Positions 12,036-25,368 are shown, counted from the first letter of the stretch. The stretch is DNA of 64,000 nucleotides from Octopus sinensis (GCF_006345805.1 NC_042999.1:70308001-70372000), one strand, 5' to 3'. Numbers and translations are program-made. Notes: generated by a model not told the origin, from the letters alone.

Positions 12036-14020
12036 AATACATGTCTGTAATACTGAACCTGTAACCCCTCCTTCACTGCATTCCAACTGTTTCTAATAAT
12101 TTCTAAGGGCCAATAATTTTGAGCAGAGGTTCTTAGTTGATAACATTGACCCCAGTATTAGACTGGTACTTTATTTTATCAACCCTGGAGGGATGAAAGA
12201 TAAAGTCAACTTCAGCATGATTTGAATTCAGAACATGAAGATTTACAATCAATACTGCAAGGCCTTCTGTCGTCCAACGCTCTGATGGTTCTACCAATCC
12301 ACAATGGGGGAAAGATGAGGACCATTACAAAGACAAATTATGAAAACCATGAAGAATGAATGGGTAGAGGGCACAAAATATGATTTAAAAAAAACATACA
12401 ATGAAATCATCATCATTTAATGACTGTTTGTCCATTTTCCATGCTGGCATGGGTTAAACAGTCCAACTGGAACTGGTAAGCCAGAGAGCTACACCAGGCT
12501 CCCGTGTACTTTGGTTTGGTTTCTACACCTAGATCCTCTTCCTAATGCCAACCACTTTAGATAGTGTATGGAGTGTCTTCTACATGTCACCAGCACGGGT
12601 GCCTTTTACTTGTCACCAACACAAGTGCTTTTCATGGGTCACTGGCACAGGTGCCATGACCACGATTTCACTTAGCTTGACATATCTTCTCAATCACAGC
12701 AAATTGCCCAGAAAAATGAGTCAGAGTAAGAGTAGGGGAGGAGGCAATCAGGAACCTTGACAAATTCTAGAATACTCTGGCTATCAAAGGCAAGTACTGT
12801 TTCCCAGTTGGGGGTTCTCTGACAAATATAATGAACAGGATCCAATGTAAAATGTTTGCATTTTCAGCTTTGGCATTTTGTAAATACAAATGTCAATCTG
12901 TCAATAGATAACTTCCAACCCTTTGTATTTTCTTTGCTCTTTGCTTTATTTCTAAAGTCAATCCTTGCCTTAAAAAAAAATCATTCATATTTTATCGTTT
13001 ATCTTTCATTTGTTTAAGTCACTGGACTGCAGGAAAGCTAGGGCAATACCTTGAGGGGTTCAACCAAACAAATCAACTCCAGAACTTACTTTTCTCAATC
13101 TAGTATTAATTCTATCAATATCTTTTGCTGAACCACTACATTAAGGGGACGTAAATCAACCGACACCAGATGCCAAGTGGTGAGAGACAAACATAAACAC
13201 ACACACACACGGCATTGAGCTTAAATGTAGTTTTGTGGCTCACAAGATCCTCTGAAGCTGTCCAACCCATGCCTGCATGGAAAATAGGACAATGATGATG
13301 ATGCAATGAACTTCCACACAGTTTCTGTCTACCAAATTCACTCACAAGGCTTTGGTTGGCCCAGAGTTATAGTAGAAGACATTTGCCCAAAATGCCATGC
13401 AGTGAGACTGAACCAGAAACCTCATGGCTGCAAAGCAAGCTTTATCCAGCAAATAAGAAATGATTTCCTCATCCTGGATAAGAGACTACTCCACGACAGC
13501 TGGTAAGTTTCTTAGAAAGTACCCTTTCCTATATTTACTCAAGTCATATAGAACTAACTGCTTTGTCAGTAATACATAGTCTGAGTGTAATGTGAGCTGA
13601 TGACCCAGCAGTTGGTATTTTAAGTTGTTTTGCATCTCTTCCACCAATACTAAATAAGTAAAAACTAAAAAGATTTTAAATAGAACATAGAGGTAAAATG
13701 TGGAATACGAAGAAACTTGTGATAGTTTGTCTCAGCAGAAATAAGTTTATAAGCAAGTTTGAGAATTTTAATATCGCTGTGTGGTGAGAGGAATATGTTT
13801 CAGGACCTTACCTTTCATCTGAACAATGGGGGGAGGGGGAGAAGAGAGAGAGAGAAAAACACACACAGATGGAGATACAGAGAGACAGAGAGAAACAGAA
13901 AGAGACAGACAGAGAGCAAATGATTGAGAGTGTGAGAAAGAGACAGAGAAATGGAGAGAGAGTGTGTGGTGTTGTTGCTTAGGATGTAGACAAGTATATA
14001 GGAAAGAACTAAAATTTTAA

Positions 14021-14240
14021 CCCTTTAGGCATATAAACCAGGCATTTTTCGCCCAAATATTTCATTAGTTTTGTGTTCAAACCAGCCAGATCCAATCTCT
14101 CACACCTACCCTACAATGTCATTCTGAAAATACAACTATCACATCATTGAAATTTCAAAGCTATGAGATAATACATGATTAATTCAGAACAATGAATAAA
14201 TAAGCTTTACATTTGACAGGATAATCTGAATACTTAAGGG
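14021..14240. mobile_element. piggyBac-type MITE, 20 bp from the TPK1 exon-2 donor
   Basis: TTAA-ccctt ... aaggg-TTAA. Related decayed copies at ~5389-5601 and ~57975-58195. Confidence 0.8.
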
Positions 14241-14260
14241 TTAAATAAAAGATAATTTAC

Positions 14261-14338
14261 CTTTTTGCCATAAATATTTGAAGATTTTTAGCATTGGTGT
14301 TATTGGTTGGTTAAGTAGAATCAGCACAATCTTCTCAT
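14261..14338 (-). CDS. TPK1: TPK1 coding exon 2 (DEKIVLILLNQPITPMLKIFKYLWQK)
   Basis: Acceptor ttttatttctag, donor G|gtaaat, 78 nt, phase 1-1. Matches the TPK1 motif LvILNQPl...LW.K. Confidence 0.93.
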
Positions 14339-16982
14339 CTAGAAATAAAAAAAATTATAATTTCATCATCATCATCTTTTAACGTCTGTCTTCCATGCAT
14401 GCATGGGTAGAACAGATGACAGGAACCAGCCAGGTGGAAGACTACCCCAAGCTACTCTGCCTGTTTTGGCAGGGTTTTTACAGCTGGGTGCCCTTCAAAT
14501 TCATGTTAGACAAAACAAATCAAGAAGAAATATTTATATTTAGAATTTTATGCCAGTATAAATATTTAGTTCTTACATACGTTTTCACCATTGCAATTAT
14601 TTGGATGTCAGCACTGGGTGTTCCAAGCACATTTCGATGCCTAACTGCAATGGATCATCAGGGAAACATTTTCTTGCATCCTGTTATAGAGATCTAATAT
14701 CTGATATAATATCTATTGCATTCTCTAACAGAATGCAACAACATGTTCCCCTGAAGACCTACTGTAGTTGGGCATCCAAATGCACCATGGCTTAGTGGTT
14801 AGGAGTGTTGGACTCATGACCATAAGATTGTAGTTTCAATTCCTCGACCAGGCAACATGTCGTGTTCTTGAGTAAAACACTTCATTTCACATTGTTCCAG
14901 TCCACTCAGATGGCAAAAATGAGCAATCCTACAATGGACCGGCTTCTCATCCAGGTGAGGAATATATACACCACAGAAACTGGGAAACTGGCCCCATGAA
15001 CCTATGTGACTCAGAAAGGAACTTATTTATCCAAATGCACTTGGAACAGCCAATACTGAATTCAAAATAACTGTGATGGCAAAACATATGTAGGAACTAA
15101 ATATTTATTCTGGGGGTTATCTTAATTTTCACTATGTATGCTCTGTATGTCATAACTAGTAACACTGATAAGTACAGTGATTGACTAACTACCATACTGG
15201 AAACCAACTAGATAATGGTAGTCTATATGGAGCTCTAACCCATACTGTAATAGTTATACAACTAGCTATACAAACAAGATATTTAGAATTTTACAAATGA
15301 TAAGGAATCTAGAAGTGGTGGAGGATTTGATTTGCAGAGTATGAAATGTTATGGCACAGCATTTTGGTCCCACTTATTTGGAACCAAAATTTTCTTATTC
15401 TAGTTGAGAACTAACTTGTAATAACAATTACTAGGCTACTTGACTACTAAACTTCATTTAGTTTCCTGCTTCATTTTATGTATATGAAATCGAAATCAAA
15501 TTTGATGACTGGCATCTGTGCTAGTGGAGCACTAAGAGTACCATCTGAGCATGATAATAGCCAGAGCAATAAAAAGCACCATTTGAGCGTGATCGTTACT
15601 TGCGTCACCTTACTGGCACCTGTGCTGGTGGCACTTGAAAAAACATTCAAGCGAGGTCGTTGCCAGTACTGCTGGGTTGGCTCCTGTGCAGGTGGCACAT
15701 AAAAAGCACCATTTGAGCATGGCCGTTGCCAGTACCACCTGACTGGACCTCATGCCAGTGGCACGTAAAAGCACCCACTACACTCTCAGAGCAGTTGGCC
15801 TTAGGAAGGGCATCCAGCTGTAGAAACTCTGCCAGATCAGATTGGCGCCTGATGCAGCCTTCTGGTTCACCAGACCTCAGTCAAATCGTCCAACCCATGC
15901 AAGCATGGAAAGCGGACATTAAACGATGATGATAATGATGATGATGATGGTGCCACACAAAAAGAACTTATTCCAGTACCATGTGCAAGTATGGTAGAAT
16001 TAAAACTCAGAGAGCAAATTCAAAAACAATGAAACATTCTAATTCTGCCAATTCACTGCTTTACTTAAAAACTGATATCTATAATGATATCGACATTTGT
16101 TATCTGATATATCTGATATCAACATGCTCTCCACCAGAGAGATATATAAACTATTGTTCAGCAGATAAGTGAAAAATGATGAAACATGTTATTGAACATA
16201 GTAACCAAACAGCAGTGAGACAGAGAATATGAAGGACTTCAAAATGTGCACATGCACACACACATCAACTTCATCATCATTTATTTCCTCCTCCTCCTTC
16301 TCATTACCATCATCATTTAACACCTGTTCCAGGTGAACAGGAGTTGGACAGTTTGACAGGATCCAACAAGCTACAGAGTTGCATTAGGCCCTGATCTTAG
16401 CTTTGATATGGGTTCTACAGCCGGAAGCCCTTCCTAATGCCAGCTGCTTCACTGCATGTGCTTGTTGCTTTTTTTCATGACACCAGCACTACTAATAAGG
16501 TCACCTAGTAAATTCTAAGATAAAGAAAAGGACAAGTCTCTCTCACACACACACACACTCAACTGGGTGGAAATGTATTTGAGAGAGGGAGGTAGCTTTA
16601 CATCAAGTGTTGACATTGAGATAGAGGGATAAGCATGAGTGTCTTGTTATAGAAAAGATACATAGCTACCCTGCATTATATTTTCCTTGTGATTACTGTG
16701 CATGAAGTTGATTTTAAATATCAATATTCATAAGGAGGAAGATATAAGAAAAGAAATAAAGGTCAACAAAGATATGTATAAAGTACATGGGTGAAGAGGT
16801 TATTCAGAAGGATTTCATTTTGAAATATTTACATGAACATTTGATAATGTACTTTTAATTATTTATCTTCTTAGATTTGATTAACAGTGTTGCGTAAACG
16901 TAAACAGAATTCTCACCAAGGAATTTAAATTAAAAAGCAAAAATAGAAAAACAAACCCTTCCAAAATCCCAATCTTATTTAA

Positions 16983-17265
16983 CCCTTTCATTACCAACCC
17001 GGCTGAAACCGGCTCTGGCTCTATAGTACAAATGTTTTGTATTCATAAGTTTTGAATTAAAATCTTCCACCAAACCTTAGTCACAATTTATGTTCCTAAC
17101 ATTAGCTGAATGATAACTAAGTTATTTTACTAAATTCTTTGTTATATTTAAAGTAATTGAAAGAAGCAGAGAGCATCTCAAAATAAATACAGGAACGAAA
17201 AGGTTAATGACACATGGTGTCAACTTGACACAAAATTTTTTTAATTCTTGTATTGAAATGAATGT
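16983..17265. mobile_element. piggyBac-type MITE, inverted copy of 25369-25663
   Basis: TTAA-ccctttcattacc start. Body matches the reverse complement of 25390-25663. Confidence 0.8.
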
Positions 17266-17568
17266 TTTTCTTACTAAATTCAAGGCTAGAATTAGCAGTG
17301 AGTAATCAGTCGCATAAGGCTGCAAAATCTTTTCTTCTAACTACTTATACTAAAAAGAAACAAATAGAAAGGACTCTAATAGAATAGAGCTTTAATATTT
17401 AACAATTTTATATTGCTATAAGAAGATATTTGTGAGTAGAATGAAATATACAATTCATTTCATTTTTTGCAAAATATTGTATATTACAAATACAGAAATA
17501 TATATACAGGGTTACGGAGATGTACTTGCATAGCAAGTGACCCGATCTGAGATCATGTGCTGGAACAA

Positions 17569-17829
17569 AAACAATTGCAGCATGGAAGGTGTTTATAAGC
17601 CATTTAAGAAACACACAAAAACCGTTAGATTCACTTCAACATTTAAATTTATTTTGCCAAAATATTTTTGTCGCTTTTAGATGCAGCACGGAATTTTGTC
17701 AGTGAACAGGTCGTGGTCTCAAAACGACAAAAATATTTTGGCAAATTAAATTTAAATGTTGAAGTGAATCTAACGGATTTTGTGTGTTTCTTAAATGGCT
17801 TATAAACACCTTCCATGCTGCAATTGTTT
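17569..17829. repeat. Foldback repeat element with 105-bp arms
   Basis: Arms 17569-17673 and 17725-17829 are reverse complements with 2 mismatches by eye. 51-bp spacer. Confidence 0.9.
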
Positions 17830-17834
17830 ATATA

Positions 17835-18705
17835 CAGGGTGTTCAGGCTAAATTAGATTTTTTTTATGTCTCCTTTCTTCAGGAACAGCTTCATGTATTG
17901 GTGAACAGTCAACTGCATTGGAGAGCATAAAGATTAAAGTTGTAATTGAGAAAAAGTTAGCAGATGTGGAGAATTGGAAGCCATCTGAATATTGGAAGAG
18001 AGTTATCTGTATCATGTTGATTCATGCCGGATATCAAAATGCCAACATCATGACAATTTCTCAGTACTCTGTAAATGCTGTAAAGGCTGTAAGACATGAC
18101 ATGGCCATCAAGAAAACCAAGTTCCTCAAACTGTGATGGTCTTTGGGTGTGTCTCCAGTGAGGGTGATATCATGCAGCTCCACATCCTTGAACAGGGCCT
18201 TGGGCTTAATTAAGATGGCTATGTGAAGCTGCTGGAGACTGTCGTCAAACCTTGGTCAGGGAGGGTTGCTGCTGGAAGGCCATGTGTGACAGCAGGATTT
18301 GGCTCCTTGCCATACCTCCAGAAAGAACCAGAAGTTATCAGAGAATACCAACGACTTTACTATCCCCAATTTCCGGCCTCCTAATTCCTTCAGTTGTAAT
18401 CCCAAATCTATACGTAGGCTGCAGCTGAGAAAGACACCGGCTGCTTTGCCTACAACACCAAGGCCAAACTGGTGGCCAAGATCAAAGAGGTATTCAAAGA
18501 TCTTCCCATAGACACAACAAGGAACACATGCCAGGTTCCAGAGCCATCTTCAGGTTATGGTGGAAGCAGAGGACATCTACTTTGAATAAACTGTTACCTT
18601 CCAGCCATCATCTAGTGGATATTTTCTAATTTTTTTAAAATACTTTATTTCTGGATGGGATATTGTTTTCTTTTCCTTTTATGCAAACTGTCAAATTTAG
18701 TCTGC
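17835..18705 (+). mobile_element. Degenerate Tc1/mariner-superfamily element
   Basis: TA-cagggtg start. Fragments VMVFGCVSSEGDIM, QQDLAPCHTS (QQD.APAH) and FRPPNSFSCNP (WPPNSPDLNP). Multiple stops; right end approximate. Confidence 0.75.
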
Positions 18706-19586
18706 CAATTTTTCTGCTTTCCTCCCGCCCTATCTTTTTTCCTTCTTTCATTTCCATTTTGTCTGTTGTTCTTTCTTTCTTTCTTTACTTCTTTCTCTTT
18801 ATTATCCTTTGTTTTCTATCTGTATCAAAATAAGTTGTCATTTTCTAGGTATGCCTAGACATTGAACATTGATTCTGTCTGTCTTTCTCACTCTATATCT
18901 TTCTTATATATAGAGAGACAAAGAGAGGTGAAAGAATGAGACAGGGAGAGAGTCTAAAGACAATTCATTATTTATTCAACAACAACGCAACAATTGACTG
19001 ATTAACAATTATGGCTGTTTTGATAACTGGTAAAGCAAACAATGTAACAACCTTATTTTATCTAGATTTAATAGCAATTATAGAGTTATTTTTTGGTGTG
19101 GTAGGAGTGAGTGTTCAGTATGTCTCATGAAATTGTAGATCTGCACCAGGAAAACCTGCAATTGCCCATGCATGCAAGTCTCCCCCTCTCTATGCTACCA
19201 ATATTGTCCATGAGAAAGGCAAAGGGCTGACACAGCTTAGTACTGGCATCAACATCATCATCATCGTTTAACGTCCGCTTTCCATGCTAGCATGGGTTGG
19301 ATGATTTGACTGTGGTCTGGCAAACCAGATGGCCACACCAGGCTCCAATCTTGATCTGGCAGAGTTTCTACAGCTGGATGCCCTTTTCCTAATGCCAACC
19401 ACTTTGAGAGTGTAGTGGGTGCTTTTACGTGCCACCGACACAGGGGCCAGTCAGGCGGTACTGGCAATGACCTCGCTCAAATGTTTTGTGTGTGTGTGTG
19501 TGTGAAGTCCCTCATAAACACACACATGTATATACAGTTACACTCACACACACCACAGTCTGTCATGGTAGGTTTTTCTTTTAGAA

Positions 19587-19841
19587 AAGTGGTTTTCAAC
19601 CATTTTTTTACCTGTGGACCACTTTGGTGCCTATTTTACTCAGGTGGACCCCCATAACCATTTGACATTTTAAAAATAAAATCCTATTTTATTTTTATAA
19701 TTAGGAATCATATTAGAAAATTTTTATTAATATATTTCATATATTGTAGAGGTATAACCAATTTATTGCACATAAGCTTTAACAAAAACAATTTTATATG
19801 GGTCCCCAAGGGTCATATGGACCCCCGGTTGAGAACCACTG
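19587..19841. mobile_element. hAT (Charlie-like) MITE
   Basis: TIRs (c)agtggttttcaacc / ggttgagaaccactg. Perfect 8-bp TSD ttttagaa at 19579-19586 and 19842-19849. Confidence 0.85.
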
Positions 19842-19845
19842 TTTT

Positions 19846-19849
<4 letters not shown>

Positions 19850-19892
<43 letters not shown>

Positions 19893-19893
19893 G

Positions 19894-19928
<35 letters not shown>

Positions 19929-19952
19929 AGAAGGAAGGAAGGAAGGAAGGAA
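19850..19952. repeat. (GA)n/(GAAA)n/(GAAG)n microsatellite
   Basis: Direct reading. Confidence 0.95.
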
Positions 19953-20043
19953 TTTTAGGTTGATGAATAAGATAAGCAGATGTGTAAGTGATTGGTGGAC
20001 TTAGATGGGTTGGTAAGTGGATACACATTAGATATATATATAT

Positions 20044-20876
20044 AAAAAAAAAAGTATAAACATAAACTAAAATGCTTAAAATATTAGTCATTGTGCAAAT
20101 GCTCTTTCCTCACTGCACTAGTATTTCTATTCAGAATTTATATGCTTTGCAATAAATATATACACTTCTACTTGACTGAAGGTTTTTCATGCAGGTGGCA
20201 TCACTGAGCAGCTCTTCTCAATGTTTTGTTGTTGGTGTTATTTTTAGAGATGGTGAATGGGTGGATGGATAGACGAATGGATTTTAATAAAAACAATATA
20301 AAATATAGAGATGTACTTGCATAGCAAGTGACCTGATCTGAGATCGTGTGCTGGAACGAAAACAATTGCAGCGTGGAATGTGTTTATAAGCCATTTAAGA
20401 AACACACAAAAAATTTCATGCAGGTGGCATCACTGAGCAGTTCTTCTCAATGTTTTGTTGTTGGTGTTATTTTTAGAGAACTGCTCAGTGATGCACCTAC
20501 ATGAAATTTTTTGTGTGTTTCTTAAATGGCTTATAAACACATTCCACGCTGCAATTGTTTTTGTTCCAGCACACAATCTCAGATTAGGTCACTTGCTATG
20601 CAAGTACATCTCTATATTTTATATTGTTTTTATTAAAATCCATTCGTCTATCCATCCACCCATTCACCATCTCTAAAAATAACACCAACAACAAAACATT
20701 GAGAAGAGCTGCTCAGTGATGCCACCTGCATGAAAAACCTTCAGTCAAGTAGAAGTGTATATATTTATTGCAAAGCATATAAATTCTGAATAGAAATACT
20801 AGTGCAGTGAGGAAAGAGCATTTGCACAATGACTAATATTTTAAGCATTTTAGTTTATGTTTATACTTTTTTTTTT
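20044..20876. repeat. 833-bp near-perfect palindrome (~400-bp arms, 32-bp spacer)
   Basis: 20044-20444 versus 20477-20876 are reverse complements with about 5 differences by eye. Confidence 0.95.
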
Positions 20877-21004
20877 GACAAATTTAAATGTTTAAGTGAA
20901 TCTAACGGTTTTTGTGTGTTTCTTAAATGGCTTATAAACACCTTCCACACTGCAATATAAAATATAGTTATAAAATAATATTTATCAATATCTTTAACTA
21001 ATTA

Positions 21005-21150
21005 CGAGGAGGTGCTGAAATGTTCTTGGCTTTATGGGTATTGCAAAAGACCTGGTTGGCACTCCAACCTTCCAAGTTCTTTTACAGAACTTAGTAAAAC
21101 TGAAGGACTGCTGCAATAAATATGTGAATCGGAGAGGAGAATATATTGGG
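21005..21150 (+). mobile_element. Mariner-derived MITE fragment; related copy at 58890-59104 in opposite orientation
   Basis: TA-cgaggaggtgctgaaa terminus. Shares internal sequence with the reverse complement of 58990-59104. Confidence 0.65.
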
Positions 21151-21429
21151 TCAACTTGACATCCGCATCTTATCCAAGCACTCAAAAGACCCAACACTCA
21201 GACAAATACGGGAGTATGTCCTTATAAATGAAACCTCCCCAATACTAAATAGGAAATATACACAGTAAATACCATACCTCCATACCCACAGTTTACACAG
21301 GTAGAGTAGAATAGTTAGTGGACTGTTAGGTAGATAAATGTATGTATGTATGTGGGTGTGAGTGTATGCACTTTTTTTTTCTGTATGTAAGCATATAGAT
21401 ATGTAAATAAACAGATCAATATACAGACA

Positions 21430-21790
21430 GATAAGTATATAGACTATATGAACAGACACATATGGAGACACGGATCCACACATACAAAAATGCACATCCA
21501 TACAAACATGGTACATAGTTGCATAACACACACACAGGCATTCACACACAAGGAGACAGAGGTGCATACATAAACAAACACATGCTCACACACACATACA
21601 TAGAAAATACACAAACACGGACATGCAAGCACATAAATATGCAGGATACGTACATACAGATGCACACACATATATACATATGCACACACACAAATATATA
21701 CATACATAAACATGCAAACACACACATACATACGTACATGCATGCATGTATAGGCACACACACACACACACTGACCCACAAACAAACAAA
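21430..21790. repeat. Degenerate (CA/TA)n low-complexity tract
   Basis: Direct reading; source of spurious VC/HT ORFs. Confidence 0.9.
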
Positions 21791-22124
21791 AGGGAGCGCA
21801 GTGTAAATAAAGGACAGAGTCAAAACTATTGAAAAGGTTGCAAGACGCAATGAAAATTTTAGGAAAATAAAAATAAGTGGAAATTTTACCGGTGAGTGTG
21901 TTAAATAATAAAGCACAAAAAGAAAATGACTCTCCCCAGACACAAATGAAGACATGTTAACAGAAATAGAAAATCCTATAAAATTCAGTTTTCCTATGAT
22001 TATATATATATAATCATCATCATTAAACATCTATTTACCATGCTGTCATGGGCTGGATTGTTTGACAAGAACTGGTAAGTCAGAAGACCACACCAAGTTC
22101 TGCCGTCTACTTTGGAATGGTTTC

Positions 22125-22348
22125 TTATTTCTTTATTGCCCACAAGCAGCTAAACATAGAGGGGACAAACAAAGGGATTAAGTCGATTACATTGACCCCA
22201 GTGCATAACTGGTACTTAATTTATCGACTCCGAAGGGATGAAAGGCAAAGTCACCCTCGGTGGAATTTGAACTCAGAATATAACAGTAGACGAAATACCG
22301 CTAAGCATTTTGCCCGGCGTGCTAACGTTTTTCTGCCAGTTCACCGCC
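22125..22348 (-). mobile_element. SINE family B copy
   Basis: Contains the ggtcgactttgcctttcatcctttcggggtcgataaattaagtacc-type domain. Similar copies at about 2663, 25705, 33177(-), 45088(-), 61219. Confidence 0.8.
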
Positions 22349-23351
22349 TATTTTGGAATGGTTTTTATGGCTGAATGCCCTTCCTAATGCCAACCACTTT
22401 ATCCAGTGCACAAAACTCTCAGCCCTTGAGTTACTCTGTTGCTTCTGCTATATATATATATATACAAATATATATATATGTGTATGTATGTACAAGCACA
22501 GACATGGCTGTGTGGTAAGAAGTTTGCTTTCCAACTACATGCTTCCGGGTTCAATCCCACTGCATGGTACCTTGTGCTTCTACTATAGCCTTGGGCTGAC
22601 CAATACCTTGAGAGTGGATTTGATAGATGGAACCTGAAAGAAGCCTGTCATATATAAAGAAAGTCACAAATGACCTGTCCTTTTTGTGTCCTGTATTTTT
22701 TGTTTCCTGTCCTAATTGTTGTCTTACCTGTCTGCAGTTTGTCTCAATGTTTTGTTGTCCTCTATTGCATTTTTGTTCCATTTTTTTATATTTATATATA
22801 CATATAGCAGCGTACATACACACACACCAGAGTACCACACATTTGCTCCACAGACACAACCACACGCATACACACACACTTCAAACTACCAGTTAAACAT
22901 CTTTCTACTGACCTTTCTCCTATGCACATGTGAAGGGAGACACACAAAAGACAGCCACTCCTACCAAAAATTCCCACTGTAAATTCTTCCTATGACATTA
23001 AGCGCAACACAAAGTCCACTCACACACACACACACATGTTATTATTAGACACACACACACATACACCTGCATGCACACATATAACCACACATACACATAT
23101 CTCATTCTCTTGCACTCTCCTGTCTTAAAAATAACTTTTTCTTCACCCATTCCCTTCCTGTCATTCCAAAATGTAAACGCATGTGTATCATTGGTGATTT
23201 TCTTCCTCTGTCTTCCCTTCTTTTGGACTTTGCTCTATTTCTGAAGAAGAGCAAGGCTCAAAACGTTAAATCCTCCTTCTTTCCTGAGTGTCTGATAATA
23301 CAGTACTTGTACCATGTCCTCGTGTTATTGCTTTTTCTTGTTTGTTCAGAT

Positions 23352-23355
<4 letters not shown>

Positions 23356-23409
<54 letters not shown>

Positions 23410-23572
23410 CATATGTATGTGTATATATATATACATATGTATGTATGTGTGTGTATATATATATATATATATATACATATGTATGTATGTGTGTGTGTAT
23501 ATATATATATATATAATATATATATATATATATACATACATATGTGTGTGTGTATATATATATATATATATC
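23356..23572. repeat. Compound (AT)n/(ATGT)n microsatellite
   Basis: Direct reading; source of six spurious YI-repeat ORFs. Confidence 0.95.
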
Positions 23573-25289
23573 TACGTGTGTATGTCTTTGTGTCAAGGTT
23601 TGTCCCCTCATTAATACTTGACAAGCAGTGTTGGTGTGTTTACATCCCCATAACTTAGCGGTTTGGCAAAAGAGACCGATAGAATAAGTCCTGAGGTCGA
23701 TTTGTTTGACTAAAACCCTTCAAGGCGGTGCTCCAACATGGCCACAGTCAAATGACTGAAACCAGTAAAAGAGTAAAAGATTGTTACACACACACACACT
23801 CATACACATAAACCTAATGCTAACCAGCAGAGAAAAAAAAATTATTTCCTTGCAGAGCTTTATCTGTTTGATATTCGAGCAAACACCAACAGTTCAAAGA
23901 ATAATATTTGTATTATTATCTTTGTGTTGAAAGAATAGTTGAATGATTAGTGCAGTGGTTGCAGGGTGGGTTGAGGATTGATTGGTGGCGAGAGATCAAA
24001 GCTTATAGCAAAATTCAGGTCGGATGAATAGAAAACAATAATATTCTTTAAGTATTGTTTATTCATCTCTTCACAGGATAAAGCAGTCCCTGGATAAAAA
24101 GTGATGAAAATTCTCTGAAGAGCTATCATCATCATTATCGTTTAACGTCCACTTTCCATACTAGCATGGGTTGGACGATTTTGACTGAGGGCTGGTGAAC
24201 CAGATGGTTGCACCAGGCTCCAATTTGATCTGGCAGAGTTTCTACAGCTGGATGCCCTTCCTAACGCCAACCACTCCGCTATATGTTTGTTAACCTTTGT
24301 AAAATAATGGAATGGAAGAGGATTGTGAGATATTTTCTTTTAAGTAGCTCCCACCCATCACAAATTTGAAAATGGACATATTGTCTCCTTTTCCTCATGG
24401 CCACTGGATGGACTGAACTACAAAATGATGATGATGGTGACACGTAAAACGCACCCACTTGGTGTTAGGAAGGGCATCCAGCTGTAGAAACACTGCCAGA
24501 TCAACCTCTAATTATATATATATGTATGTATATATGACAGGCTTCTTTCAGTTTCTGTCTACCAAATCCATATATATATTATCATCATCATACAATGTTT
24601 CCATGCTCATATTTATTGAGGGGGATTTTCTATAGCTAGATGCCCTCCCTGTCACCAACCTCTCCTGTTTTGAAGTAAAGTAAGATCACCCCATAACCAA
24701 ACATATTTCACAAAATATTAGAGACGAAGGACACTGGTAGCATGACAATGATGCCAATTTACAATTATCATATGATGTCAATGTAAGGAGACACAAACAC
24801 ACATCCCTGTGCCGGTGGCACGTAAAAAGCACCATACGAACATGGCCGATGCCAGCGCCGCCTTGACTGGCTTCCAAGCCGGTGGCACGTAAAAAGCACC
24901 AACTGATCATGGCCGTTGCCAGGTTGCCAGCCTCGCCTGTCCCTGTGCCGGTGGCACGTAAAACGCACCCACTACACTCACAGAGTGGTTGACGCTAGGA
25001 AGGGCATCCAGCTGTAGAAACACTGCCAGATCAGACTGGACCCTGGTGCAGCCTTCTGGCTTCCCAGACCCCAGTCGAACCGTCCAACCCGTGCTAGCAT
25101 GGAAAACGGACGTTAAACGATGATGATAATATATACATATAACAGGCTTCTTCAGTTTCCATCTACTAAATACACTCACAAGTCTGTGGTGAGCCTGGGG
25201 CTATAGTAGCAGACACTTATCCAGGGTACCATGCAGTGAAACTGAATCCAGAAAAATGTGGTTGGGAAGCAAATAGCTTATCACACTAC

Positions 25290-25320
<31 letters not shown>

Positions 25321-25368
25321 CAGCCAGGAGTTCATATATCTGGAAAGAAGCACACTCTAAAACATTAA

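Noticed and set aside
21151-23658. Long VC/YI/HT-rich ORFs up to 162 aa
   Set aside because: Stop-free dinucleotide microsatellites.
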